From contig NC_007969.1 in NCBI RefSeq assembly GCF_000013905.1, forward strand, positions 1,590,001-1,622,000: DNA of 32,000 bases. The letters run 5' to 3'. Each line of letters opens with the position of its first letter. The stretch's first letter is position 1. Below the pieces are notes generated by a model. That model was not told the DNA's origin. It was given only the letters and a program-made list of their open reading frames with translations, and searched no databases. Source of the DNA: Psychrobacter cryohalolentis K5. Its GTDB lineage: Bacteria; Pseudomonadota; Gammaproteobacteria; Pseudomonadales; Moraxellaceae. The translations under genes and the position numbers were made by a program. Shown piece after piece: positions 7,229-16,519 of the stretch.

Positions 7229-9886
7229 TTACGCGATATCTAACGTGCCATCGATAAACTCTTTGGCAAAGCGCTGTAGCATCCCGCCTGCGTTATACAT
7301 TTTAACCTCATCAGCGGTATCTAAACGGCAAATGATAGGGGTTTCAGTCGTGCTACCATCAGCACGGTTAATCACCAGCGTCATCATGCCGCCAGCAGAA
7401 ACTTCGCCTGTGACATCAAAGACTTCCGTACCATCTATATTTAGGGTGTTCCGAGTCGTACCTTTTTCAAACTGCAAAGGTAGTGCGCCCATACCAACCA
7501 AGTTTTGACGATGAATACGTTCAAAATCTTCAGCGACCACCACCTCAACGCCTGCTAAACGTACACCTTTGGCAGCCCAGTCACGGCTTGAGCCTTGACC
7601 ATAGCCGTCACCTGCGATAATGATCAGCGGCTGCTCACGGTTCATATAGGTTTCGATTGCTTCCCACATACGCATAACTTGACCTTGTGGCTCAACCCTA
7701 GCAAGCGAACCTTGTATTACTTCACCTTTTTCATCACGTACCATTTCATTCAACAGCTTAGGGTTAGCAAATGTCGCACGCTGCGCAGTTAGATGGTCAC
7801 CGCGATGGGTCGCATAAGAGTTATAGTCCTCGCTTGGCAGACCCATGGTATCAAGGTACTCGCCAGCTGCTGAGTCGCCCAAAATCGCATTAGACGGTGA
7901 TAAATGGTCAGTGGTAATATTGTCACCTAATACCGCTAATGGACGCATACCTTTTAGCTTATTCATCGCTGCCATTTTGCCTTCCCAATAGGGTGGACGA
8001 CGAATATAAGTGGTCTGATCACGCCAGTTATATAGTGGACTGAGCGCTTTACCCGTATCTTTTTTGGCTTCATCAAACATCGGGATATACACGGCATTGA
8101 ACTGCTCAGGCTTCACGGCAGCAGCGACAATAGCATCGACTTCGTCATCATCAAACCAGATGTCTTTTAGATAAACGTCATTGCCATGTTGGTCTTTACC
8201 CAATGAGTCTTTTTCAATATCAAAGCGAATGTTACCGGCGATAGCATAAGCGATGACCAGTGGCGGTGATGCTAAGAACGCTTGCTTGGCATATGGGTGG
8301 ATACGACCATCAAAGTTACGGTTACCCGATAATACCGCAGTGGTGAACAGATCGTTATCGATGATTTCTTTTTCGATATCAGGATCAAGCGCGCCACTCA
8401 TACCATTACAAGTGGTACAAGCAAAGCCAACCACGTCAAAGCCGATTTCTTGTAGCTCAGGCATCAGACCCGCTTCTTCTAGGTACATTTTTACGGTTTT
8501 TGAACCGGGTGCTAATGACGATTTTACCCAAGGCTTACGCAATAAGCCCTTCTTATTAGCATTACGGGCGACAAGACCAGCAGCAACCATGTTGCGAGGA
8601 TTAGACGTATTGGTACAGCTGGTAATCGCGGCGATAATCACCGCGCCATCTGGCATTAGACCATCTTTTGGCTCTGGTAATTTATCACCCTCACCGTGAG
8701 CAATTCCTTTCGCAACCAAGTCTGTGGTTGAAACACGCGCATGCGGACGTGAAGGGCCTGCCATATTACGGACAACAGCGGACAAATCAAACTCAAGCAC
8801 ACGCGCGTATTCGGCTTTTTCCATACCATCAGCCCATAAACCGGTTTGCTTGGCATATTGCTCGACCAATTTGATTTGCGCTTCACTACGACCGGTTAAT
8901 CGTAAATAATCGATGGTTTGCTCATCAATATAGAACATCGCCGCGGTTGCACCATATTCTGGGGTCATGTTTGAGATAGATGCACGGTCACCAACGCTCA
9001 GTTGGCGCGCACCTTCACCGAAGAATTCAATATAAGTAGATACCACGCCTGCATCACGTAAGAATTCAGTCATAGCGAGTACCAAATCGGTACCAGTAAT
9101 GCCTCTTTGCAATTTACCAGTTAGCTTGACGCCAACGTAATCAGGGAGACGCATATAAGACGGGTTACCAAGCATGACGCTTTCCGCTTCAAGCCCGCCA
9201 ACACCAATTGAGATAACGCCTAAAGCATCAACCATCGGGGTATGGCTATCAGTACCAACCAAAGTATCGGCAAATGCCACTTGTTCACCGGCTTTATTTT
9301 GTACCACTTGCACAACCGGCGACATTTTTTCTAAGTTGATTTGGTGCATGATGCCGTTACCGGGCGGTACGACGTTGACGTTATCAAAGGCATACTGACA
9401 CCAGTTGATAAAGTGAAAACGGTCATCGTTACGGCGCTCTTCGATAGCACGGTTTTTCTCAAATGCATTTTCTTCAAAGCCTGCATGCTCAACAGCCAAT
9501 GAATGGTCAACAATCAATTGTGTTGGAACGATTGGATTCACTTTTGATGGGTCACCGCCTTGCTCAGCGATGGCGTCACGTAAACCGGCCAAATCAACAA
9601 ACGCGGTCTGACCTAGGATGTCATGACAAACGACGCGGGCAGGGTACCACGGAAAATCTAAATCTTGCTTGCCTTCGATATGTTGCTTGAGCGCTGCGGT
9701 TAAATCTTCTGGTGGGCAGCGGCGTACCAAGTTTTCACACAATACTTTTGAGCAGAACGGTAGCTTGTCATACGCGCCAGCTTCGATATTTTCGATGGCT
9801 TCACGGGTATCAAAGTAATATAAATCTGTGCCAGGTAATGGCTTTTTAAAGGGTTCATTCATCGGTTGTACAAGGGCGTTGTCCAT
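7229..9886 (-). CDS. acnD: Fe-S-dependent 2-methylcitrate dehydratase AcnD (aconitase A family)
   Basis: 885 aa. The N-terminus KKPLPGTDLYYFDTREA is AcnD-like. Aconitase Fe-S ligand regions are present (ITSCTNTSNP, FACTTCNG). Lies between prpC and prpF. AAGGTG SD before the ATG at 9886. Confidence 0.9.
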   Translation of the reverse strand: MDNALVQPMNEPFKKPLPGTDLYYFDTREAIENIEAGAYDKLPFCSKVLCENLVRRCPPEDLTAALKQHIEGKQDLDFPWYPARVVCHDILGQTAFVDLAGLRDAIAEQGGDPSKVNPIVPTQLIVDHSLAVEHAGFEENAFEKNRAIEERRNDDRFHFINWCQYAFDNVNVVPPGNGIMHQINLEKMSPVVQVVQNKAGEQVAFADTLVGTDSHTPMVDALGVISIGVGGLEAESVMLGNPSYMRLPDYVGVKLTGKLQRGITGTDLVLAMTEFLRDAGVVSTYIEFFGEGARQLSVGDRASISNMTPEYGATAAMFYIDEQTIDYLRLTGRSEAQIKLVEQYAKQTGLWADGMEKAEYARVLEFDLSAVVRNMAGPSRPHARVSTTDLVAKGIAHGEGDKLPEPKDGLMPDGAVIIAAITSCTNTSNPRNMVAAGLVARNANKKGLLRKPWVKSSLAPGSKTVKMYLEEAGLMPELQEIGFDVVGFACTTCNGMSGALDPDIEKEIIDNDLFTTAVLSGNRNFDGRIHPYAKQAFLASPPLVIAYAIAGNIRFDIEKDSLGKDQHGNDVYLKDIWFDDDEVDAIVAAAVKPEQFNAVYIPMFDEAKKDTGKALSPLYNWRDQTTYIRRPPYWEGKMAAMNKLKGMRPLAVLGDNITTDHLSPSNAILGDSAAGEYLDTMGLPSEDYNSYATHRGDHLTAQRATFANPKLLNEMVRDEKGEVIQGSLARVEPQGQVMRMWEAIETYMNREQPLIIIAGDGYGQGSSRDWAAKGVRLAGVEVVVAEDFERIHRQNLVGMGALPLQFEKGTTRNTLNIDGTEVFDVTGEVSAGGMMTLVINRADGSTTETPIICRLDTADEVKMYNAGGMLQRFAKEFIDGTLDIA

Positions 9887-10067
9887 AAGTCACCTTTAGC
9901 TGTTGGGTGGTTTAAATTCAAAAAATAGTCATTCTTTTAGCAAAATCATCAGTGAAATGAGACGTTAGAAGAGGGCTTTGCTAAAAAAATATGCTTAAAA
10001 AGACAGTGAGGTTATTAAGAAAAGGTTTAACTGCTAAATTGTTGTATATGTCTAGCGGTTAAGCCGG

Positions 10068-10097
10068 CTATCTCGCATAAGTATTTATGCGAGATAG
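10068..10097 (-). other. Perfect 12-bp stem / 6-nt loop hairpin in the prpC-acnD spacer
   Basis: CTATCTCGCATA-agtatt-TATGCGAGATAG, 15 nt after the prpC stop. No U-tract follows on the transcribed strand, so it is not a canonical terminator. Confidence 0.4.
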
Positions 10098-10111
10098 TAA
10101 ATACATATGGA

Positions 10112-11239
10112 TTAACGCGCGCTCATCTCTGGTACTGGGCGCAGCTCTTCGCCAGTATATTCCGCACTTGGGCGAATGATACGGTTGTTCGCACGTTGCT
10201 CAAACACGTGTGCTGCCCAGCCTGTTAGACGCGAGCAAACAAAGATTGGCGTAAACAGTTTGGTTGGAATGCCCATAAAGTGATAGGCAGACGCATGGAA
10301 AAAGTCAGCATTACAGAAGAGTTTTTTCTCGCGCCACATCACTTCTTCACAGCGTACTGATACTGGGTATAGCACTTCATCACCAACATCTGCTGCCAGT
10401 TTTTCAGCCCAACCTTTAATTACAACATTACGTGGATCTGATTCGCTATAGATAGCATGACCAAAGCCCATAATCTTATCTTTACGCGCCAGCATTGCCA
10501 TCATCTCAGACTCTGCTTGATCAGGAGAGGTGAATCCTTCAATCATATCCATCGCCGCTTCATTGGCGCCGCCATGTAAATGACCGCGTAATGAGCCAAT
10601 CGCGCCAGTGATACAAGAATGAATGTCAGACAGGGTAGACGCACAGACGCGAGCGGTAAAGGTTGAGGCGTTAAACTCATGCTCAGCATAAAGAATCAGT
10701 GATACGTTCATTACCTTAGTATGTAGCTCGTTTGGTTTTTCACCTTTTAGCAGATGTAAGAAATGACCGCCAATGGTATCGTCATCAGTTTCAGTTTCGA
10801 TACGCACGTTGTCGTGGGTAAAGCGATACCAGTAATTGATGATTGATGGGAAAACCGCCAGCATACGGTCGGTTTTATCGTTCTCTTGTGAGAAGTCAGT
10901 TTCCATCTCAAGGTTACCAAGCATCGAGCAACCGGTACGTAATACGTCCATCGGATGGGCGTCCGCAGGAATACGCTCAAGCACATCTTTTAATGCTTGT
11001 GGTAAGCCACGTAAACCTTTCAATTTAGTTTGATAAGCATCAAGCTCACTTTGGGTAGGTAAGTTGCCGTATAGCAACATATAAGCCACTTCCTCAAAGA
11101 TGCACTTGTCAGCCAGCTCTGATACGTCATAACCGCGATAAGTCAGACCTGAGCCTGATTTGCCAACGGTAGACAAAGCGGTCTTACCTGCTACTTGACC
11201 ACGTAAACCTGCGCCCGAAAGTTCTTTTTGTGCTGCCAT
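10112..11239 (-). CDS. prpC: 2-methylcitrate synthase
   Basis: Citrate-synthase signature MGFGHAIYSESDPR is present, and the gene follows prpB. I place the start at ATG 11239 (MAAQKELSG), which has AAGGAA 7 nt upstream. The track start at 11293 adds 18 aa without an SD. Confidence 0.9.
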   Translation of the reverse strand: MAAQKELSGAGLRGQVAGKTALSTVGKSGSGLTYRGYDVSELADKCIFEEVAYMLLYGNLPTQSELDAYQTKLKGLRGLPQALKDVLERIPADAHPMDVLRTGCSMLGNLEMETDFSQENDKTDRMLAVFPSIINYWYRFTHDNVRIETETDDDTIGGHFLHLLKGEKPNELHTKVMNVSLILYAEHEFNASTFTARVCASTLSDIHSCITGAIGSLRGHLHGGANEAAMDMIEGFTSPDQAESEMMAMLARKDKIMGFGHAIYSESDPRNVVIKGWAEKLAADVGDEVLYPVSVRCEEVMWREKKLFCNADFFHASAYHFMGIPTKLFTPIFVCSRLTGWAAHVFEQRANNRIIRPSAEYTGEELRPVPEMSAR

Positions 11240-11354
11240 GATAAATTCCTTTTGTTGGTAGCTTGTGTTGGATAAAAGATAAAGATGCTGCAAATATCAA
11301 ATACTGCGTTGACATCCTCATTGATAGGAAAACCAACGCTTTTAACCGCTAAGA

Positions 11355-12245
11355 CTACTTATTATCAGCAAACAGTTTGTCTAGCGTTTGTTCAAACTCA
11401 TGATAGTTTAAGAAGTCATACAGCTCCATACGGGTTTGCATGGTGTCGACAACTTTGTCTTGCGTGCCATCATCAAGCAGATGCTGATATACGTTTAATG
11501 CCGCTTTGTTCATCGCACGGAAGGCTGATAATGGATAAAGCACCATATCAACACCTACCGCATATAACTGCTCGGTGGTATATAGATCGGTCTGACCAAA
11601 TTCGGTCATATTAGCTAGGACTGGAATATCAAGCACATCGGTAAACTTACGGTACATCTCAATATCCGTTAGTGCTTCGGCAAAAATCATATCAGCACCA
11701 GCTTCTTGAAAAGCAACCGCGCGCTCAACCGCTGCATCAAGACCTTCGACAGATAGGGCGTCGGTACGTGCCATCACCACAAAATCTTTGTCCGTCTTGG
11801 CATCAAGTGCCGCTTTTAGGCGATCAACCATTTCTGAGATACTAACAATTTCTTTATTTGGACGATGACCACAACGCTTTTGCGCCACTTGGTCTTCGAT
11901 ATGAACCGCCGCCACACCGGCTTTTTCCATTTTACGAATGGTTTGAGCAATATTAAATGCACCACCAAAACCGGTGTCAATATCAACCAATAATGGCGTA
12001 TCAACCGCATCGGTAATACGGCGCGCATCTTCTAAGACGTTATCAAGGCTAGTCATACCCAAATCTGGCAAGCCAAATGAGGCATTGGCCACGCCAGCAC
12101 CAGAGAGATATAAGGCTTGATGACCAACTTGAGTTGCCATCATTGCTGTATAAGCGTTAATTGCGCCAGCAATCTGTAGCGGTTGATTATTATCATTTTT
12201 TTGTTTCATTGCACTGCGAAAGCGAGCGCCAGCTGATAGGGTCAT
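11355..12245 (-). CDS. prpB: 2-methylisocitrate lyase
   Basis: 296 aa. Carries the isocitrate-lyase/PEP-mutase signature KRCGH ([14 protein letters not shown]). First gene of the prp block. AAGGA SD. Confidence 0.92.
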   Translation of the reverse strand: MTLSAGARFRSAMKQKNDNNQPLQIAGAINAYTAMMATQVGHQALYLSGAGVANASFGLPDLGMTSLDNVLEDARRITDAVDTPLLVDIDTGFGGAFNIAQTIRKMEKAGVAAVHIEDQVAQKRCGHRPNKEIVSISEMVDRLKAALDAKTDKDFVVMARTDALSVEGLDAAVERAVAFQEAGADMIFAEALTDIEMYRKFTDVLDIPVLANMTEFGQTDLYTTEQLYAVGVDMVLYPLSAFRAMNKAALNVYQHLLDDGTQDKVVDTMQTRMELYDFLNYHEFEQTLDKLFADNK

Positions 12246-12309
12246 GTCGTGGTCCTTACGTGGAGGGAAGATCTTGTCGTTATCATTCGCGATTCAATCG
12301 TTGTGCTTG

Positions 12310-12337
12310 ATTATAACCAATTATTCAGGACTGCAAA
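12310..12337 (-). promoter_or_regulatory. Candidate sigma-70 promoter for prpB (-35 TTTGCA, 16 nt spacer, -10 TATAAT)
   Basis: On the minus strand, TATAAT is at 12310-12315 and TTTGCA at 12332-12337, about 65 nt upstream of the prpB ATG. It lies downstream of the terminator of the preceding gene. Confidence 0.4.
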
Positions 12338-12534
12338 GCGGGATTTTCATTCAACTGTTAATATAAATTAAATTAACAAATTAAAAATATTAATACTATT
12401 TAATTAATGGATAGTGCTATCCAATAATTAGAGGTTTGTATCCATTAGTATTCATAACGTATCAAACGCTGCATTTCTCCTAATTAAATATTTACATCTG
12501 GTTACAATTATATCTATAAGCGTTTTATCGTTGT

Positions 12535-12573
12535 CTACAAAAAAGCCCTCTTAGTCTTGCTAAAAGGGCTTTT
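12535..12573 (-). terminator. Rho-independent terminator after the NRAMP-like gene
   Basis: Stem AAAAGCCCT (12541-12549) pairs with AGGGCTTTT (12565-12573). The minus-strand transcript ends AGGGCTTTTTTG. It lies about 45 nt after the stop at 12618. Confidence 0.65.
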
Positions 12574-12617
12574 ACTCTATCAAGTCTATTATTAGCTAGA
12601 TTGGCTAACCTTTATTT

Positions 12618-13904
12618 TTAACCAATAATACCTGCAAGGCTAGCTAGGAATAACAAGGTAAAGCCACCTAAGAATACAAGCCCTGCAATCGAATAGGCGT
12701 TCATACCGGCTGATAGCTTTTTATGGTTTTTCACGAGCGAATAGTTTAACCAACCAAAGATAGGCGCGGATATAAAGGCGGATATCATCGCAAACTTCAG
12801 CATAGCGCCTAATTGTCCGGCAAAGAAGCTGATAATCAAAAGACCGCCACCGATAGCATAGGTGGTCCAAAAGGCGATTTGCTTTTTATTAATCTCGTCT
12901 TCACCTTTTAGTAAGCGCCAGCATTCGGCGTTGGCACGTCCATAGCCATCCGCACAGGTAATAGTGGTGCCAAACATACACATAAAGGCGACAAAGGCGA
13001 CCAGTAGTCTTGACCATTCACCGATAGTGGCGGTATACATATTGATAAGCTGATCAATATAAGCGACACCTGCGGTTTGAATCTCTTGACCTGAGCCGTA
13101 TTGTACGAAAACGCCCAACGCTAAAAAGAACAAGGCTAAAATAGCGGAAACTAAGAAACCGACATTAAAATCCAGTAAGCCCTGACGGTGAGTGGTATTG
13201 TCCGCTTTTCTCTTGGCTGATGTCCACATCGAGGTGATGGCAGCGAACTCAAGTGGTGCTGGCATCCAACCCATAAGAGCCACAATAAACCCTAAAGTCG
13301 CCAAGTTCCAAGGAGAGGCAGGGACAAAATCCGCCACCATAACCGTCGGCTTACCAGCAGCAATCATCACCGCTAACACGGTTGCAGATACGAGCGCAAT
13401 CATAATCCACTTGGTCACGCCGTCAAGCAATTTATAATGACCAGCAATCAGAAAAAACCAACATACAGCAACGATAATGACAGCTAAGGCAATACTTGAT
13501 AGTCCTACAGATGCGGGAAGCATAAAGCCCAATATCACTGCCGCAAGCAATGTCACAGCCCCCGTACTAATCACCGCCGATAAAATAGATAGGATAAAAT
13601 AAATCCAGAGATAAGCTTTTGAGCGTTTGGCATAGCCTGCGATTAAGCTCTCGCCAGTGTCGTAGACATAATCGGTGGCAAAGCGGAAGAACGGATACTT
13701 AAAGACGTTGGCTAATATAATCATAATCGCCAGCTGCCAGCCATATAACGCGCCAGCCTGTGTCGATGAAATCAGATGCGAGCCGCCAATAGCAGCAGTC
13801 GCCATCAGAATACCGGGACCAAAGATTCGCCAGCTAAAGCCTTCTTGCTGCGCGGAGAGAGTATCGCCTGTGGCGCTTGGGTTATTGAGTGGTTGTGTGG
13901 TCAT
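12618..13904 (-). CDS. NRAMP-superfamily membrane transporter with a non-canonical TM1/TM6 motif
   Basis: About 11 hydrophobic helices. GPGILMATAAIGGSHLISSTQAGALYGWQL resembles the NRAMP TM1 region, but GGSH replaces the DPGN metal-site motif. The TM6 region reads GWMPAPLEF rather than the usual MPH. Start moved to ATG 13904 (GAGG 5 nt upstream). The track start at 13940 is a GTG without an SD. Confidence 0.7.
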   Translation of the reverse strand: MTTQPLNNPSATGDTLSAQQEGFSWRIFGPGILMATAAIGGSHLISSTQAGALYGWQLAIMIILANVFKYPFFRFATDYVYDTGESLIAGYAKRSKAYLWIYFILSILSAVISTGAVTLLAAVILGFMLPASVGLSSIALAVIIVAVCWFFLIAGHYKLLDGVTKWIMIALVSATVLAVMIAAGKPTVMVADFVPASPWNLATLGFIVALMGWMPAPLEFAAITSMWTSAKRKADNTTHRQGLLDFNVGFLVSAILALFFLALGVFVQYGSGQEIQTAGVAYIDQLINMYTATIGEWSRLLVAFVAFMCMFGTTITCADGYGRANAECWRLLKGEDEINKKQIAFWTTYAIGGGLLIISFFAGQLGAMLKFAMISAFISAPIFGWLNYSLVKNHKKLSAGMNAYSIAGLVFLGGFTLLFLASLAGIIG

Positions 13905-14211
13905 GCTTACCTCGAAATGGTTAAAACGGCAAATCATCACTTACCTGTGTCAGTTTGCCAATGATCATGAGCGCATCGCTTAATACTATTCATTAGTACT
14001 GTTTACGAGTACTGTTTCTTAAAACGATTTGTCTTGTATCGACTTTAGCACACCAATCCGGTTTAGTAGAATGATTATTCATATAATTATTACTTATTTT
14101 TTGCATAGCCATTCCTGATAGTTAGCATAATTAAATGTAAATATCAAGATTTATCAATGGCTATTTTTTCGGGCTTCTTTATACCACAATTATGACTCAA
14201 TATCTGATAAT

Positions 14212-15237
14212 TTAGCGCTGAGATTCAAATTTTTGCCGGCGGTAAGTAATGCCGCGCTGCTCATAGACATGATAAGTCGCACGCAATAAGTCAGGAATAT
14301 GAGGATGCACAAAATCCTTAAGTGTATGCAGATAAATAGGTGAGGTGACGTTTTCGTGAATGAGACGCTGATAGCTGATCTGCTCCGTACGCACCGTTTT
14401 TAAGCTGGCAGGGACTAAGGTGATGCCTTCGCCCGCCGCTACTAACCCGAGTGCCACTTGCAAGTCACTAACGGTGGTGGTCATAAATGGAGAGATGCCG
14501 TACTGTGCAAATAAATATAGTAAAGGCTCTGTTATCTGCTCAACAGTAGAGGCTTGATGATGGCTCGTATTATTTTTCTTATTCTGCCCCAAGGTTTTAG
14601 GAGTCCCTGTGCTTGATACCGTTTCTGGCATTGTAGATACAGGCAAGTGGGTTTGATGATAGAGAATCAGGCGGTTATTGGCCAAATCGATCAAGCGTTG
14701 CTCGCGCACATTGGCAAGCGGATGGGCTTTGGGGAGGGCAACGACATAGCGCTCGTGGCGTAACAGTATTTGCTGTATCCATGGGTCTTGATGGGCAAAG
14801 CGTCCAAAACCAATATCGATATCACCAGATTTGAGCGCATCCATTTGCTGATAGGAGCTAATGTCCTTTAGGTTGACGTCAATCTCAGGATTGGACTGCT
14901 TCAGTCTGGCAATAATCTCAGGTAGCAACCCATACAGTATAGAGGGTACAAAACCGATATTTAATGCGCTGCTAGGGGCAGATAAGCGCTGGGTCATACC
15001 AACAACCGTATCGACTTCTGTCAGTATGGTACTGATTTTATCGTAAAAGAACGTGCCAGCTTCTGTTAAATGTAGCGGTCTATGATAACGATCAACCAAC
15101 ATCACGCCCATGTCTATCTCAAGTTGCTTCAGTAAACGGCTTAAACTGGGCTGTGACAGTCCGATTTTGGTAGCGGCTGCACTAAAGCTCCGAAGCTCGG
15201 CAACGGCAATAAACGCATTGAGCTGCTTTAAATCCAT
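14212..15237 (-). CDS. LysR-family transcriptional regulator
   Basis: N-terminal wHTH (LNAFIAVAELRSFSAAATKIGLSQPSLSRLLKQLE) and a LysR substrate-binding domain (LVAAGEGITLVP). At 341 aa it is longer than typical because of a low-complexity insertion at about residues 198-233. Confidence 0.9.
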   Translation of the reverse strand: MDLKQLNAFIAVAELRSFSAAATKIGLSQPSLSRLLKQLEIDMGVMLVDRYHRPLHLTEAGTFFYDKISTILTEVDTVVGMTQRLSAPSSALNIGFVPSILYGLLPEIIARLKQSNPEIDVNLKDISSYQQMDALKSGDIDIGFGRFAHQDPWIQQILLRHERYVVALPKAHPLANVREQRLIDLANNRLILYHQTHLPVSTMPETVSSTGTPKTLGQNKKNNTSHHQASTVEQITEPLLYLFAQYGISPFMTTTVSDLQVALGLVAAGEGITLVPASLKTVRTEQISYQRLIHENVTSPIYLHTLKDFVHPHIPDLLRATYHVYEQRGITYRRQKFESQR

Positions 15238-15325
15238 GTTTTATGCTCATTTATCTGTAATATCATGTCGATTGATGAAGCGGATACTACTGTATTTTAT
15301 ATCAATAATAGCAAAACTATAAAAT

Positions 15326-15340
15326 TATGCTTGAAGCATA
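15326..15340. promoter_or_regulatory. 15-bp palindrome TATGCTT-G-AAGCATA (contains a T-N11-A pattern) in the LysR divergent region
   Basis: A perfect 7+1+7 dyad between the LysR start (15237) and the divergent ORF start (15463). TTGACA follows at 15345-15350. Assigning it to the LysR protein is inference. Confidence 0.3.
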
Positions 15341-15462
15341 TGAGTTGACACTCTATATTGTTTATTAACGATAGCGTTACACTTTAGCAAACTAAAAAAC
15401 TTTTCCCTTCATTCTAGCAGTCATCTACGGTTTCGTGGCATAAACTGGTTTGGTATCACTTC

Positions 15463-16500
15463 ATGAGCGACAAAAAAGACAAGCAAAGCGCCGATTTAGA
15501 GGCAAACTTAGCAAAAATCGCTAATACGAAGCCACGACTGCGTAATCGTAAACATAATATCTATGAGCGTTATATCACTCGTGTTGAAAGCGCAGAGACT
15601 ATTGAAAGTACTATCGAAAATACAGAAAATGAGCTCAAGCCAACTGTCACCACTGATGCTTATGATGAGACTGATGTTGGTCTTAGTGCAAGTCTACTGG
15701 ACAGTTCTGTTCAGCCGCACATATTACAACCGCTTAAAAACGCTGACAAGCTGTCATCCTATGAGCCACTAAGTGCAGCAGAACTAGAGTTATTTGGCAG
15801 CCAAGAGCAAGATAATGTGGAAAATACAGCAGGGTTACAGATATCTGATAACGCGAGCACATCGGTAAGCTTGGACTTCTCTGATGAAGATGAGAAGGTT
15901 ATACACCCTTTAATGACAACTGAGGCGACTGATAACGCAGCTTCTACAGTTAAAGATGAAGATACTGAGGTAAATGATAGCGCTTATATTGATGAACCTA
16001 TCAGCACTGCACCTTTAACAACTTTGCCCATCAAAAAATCGAAAAAAAAGAAAGCGGTAAAATCAATACAAAAGCAGAAGAGTAGTAAAAAGCCGCTCAT
16101 TATCGGTATGGTGCTTGGCTCACTCATGATTTCTGGTGCTGTATTCACGTTAATTGCGACTGGTTTCTTGTCTGCCGGCACTACGTCTACAGCGTTAAAT
16201 GAAGCTGGCACGCCTATTAATGAAAGCGCGACTCAGACAAGCCCGGTCACCAAACAAACAGCTACTGACACTGAAATGAACACCACTGAGAAAAATGTTG
16301 TGGTAGAGGCTAATACGCCACCTGCTGTCATTGAAGTGCCCAGTGACTCTGACCCTGCCAAATCATCAAACCCCAAGCCTGAAACGAACGCGATGAATAA
16401 TGAGGCAGCTGCTAGTACGTCAACATCAAAGCCTGCCATCACATACGAAGATTTTAGAGAAGAGTCACAAAACACGCTATATCGTGAAACCAATGATTAG
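15463..16500 (+). CDS. Hypothetical bitopic membrane protein (acidic disordered N-domain, Lys-rich patch, one TM helix, Thr/Ser/Pro/Asn-rich C-domain)
   Basis: 345-aa ORF. KKSKKKKAVKSIQKQKSSKK is followed by a hydrophobic helix (PLIIGMVLGSLMISGAVFTLIATGFL). I recognise no family and see no clear SD. Opposite-strand ORFs are short. Confidence 0.55.
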   Translation: MSDKKDKQSADLEANLAKIANTKPRLRNRKHNIYERYITRVESAETIESTIENTENELKPTVTTDAYDETDVGLSASLLDSSVQPHILQPLKNADKLSSYEPLSAAELELFGSQEQDNVENTAGLQISDNASTSVSLDFSDEDEKVIHPLMTTEATDNAASTVKDEDTEVNDSAYIDEPISTAPLTTLPIKKSKKKKAVKSIQKQKSSKKPLIIGMVLGSLMISGAVFTLIATGFLSAGTTSTALNEAGTPINESATQTSPVTKQTATDTEMNTTEKNVVVEANTPPAVIEVPSDSDPAKSSNPKPETNAMNNEAAASTSTSKPAITYEDFREESQNTLYRETND

Positions 16501-16519
16501 CGTCATAAAAACTCTTGTC

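Noticed and set aside
9925-12580. Shared short strings AAAGCCCTCTT and TTGCTAAAAG between the acnD-prpC spacer (minus strand of 9935-9986) and the terminator at 12541-12573, suggesting a REP-like dispersed element
   Set aside because: There are only two copies with different spacing and different pairing partners. Matches of 10-11 nt in AT-rich spacers could be chance. A genome-wide count would be needed.
14067-14085. Fur/Mur-like box (TAGAATGATTATTCATATA) upstream of the NRAMP-like gene
   Set aside because: It gives about 12/19 matches to the Fur consensus in very AT-rich DNA. The transporter also lacks the canonical Mn/Fe-binding motif, which weakens the rationale.
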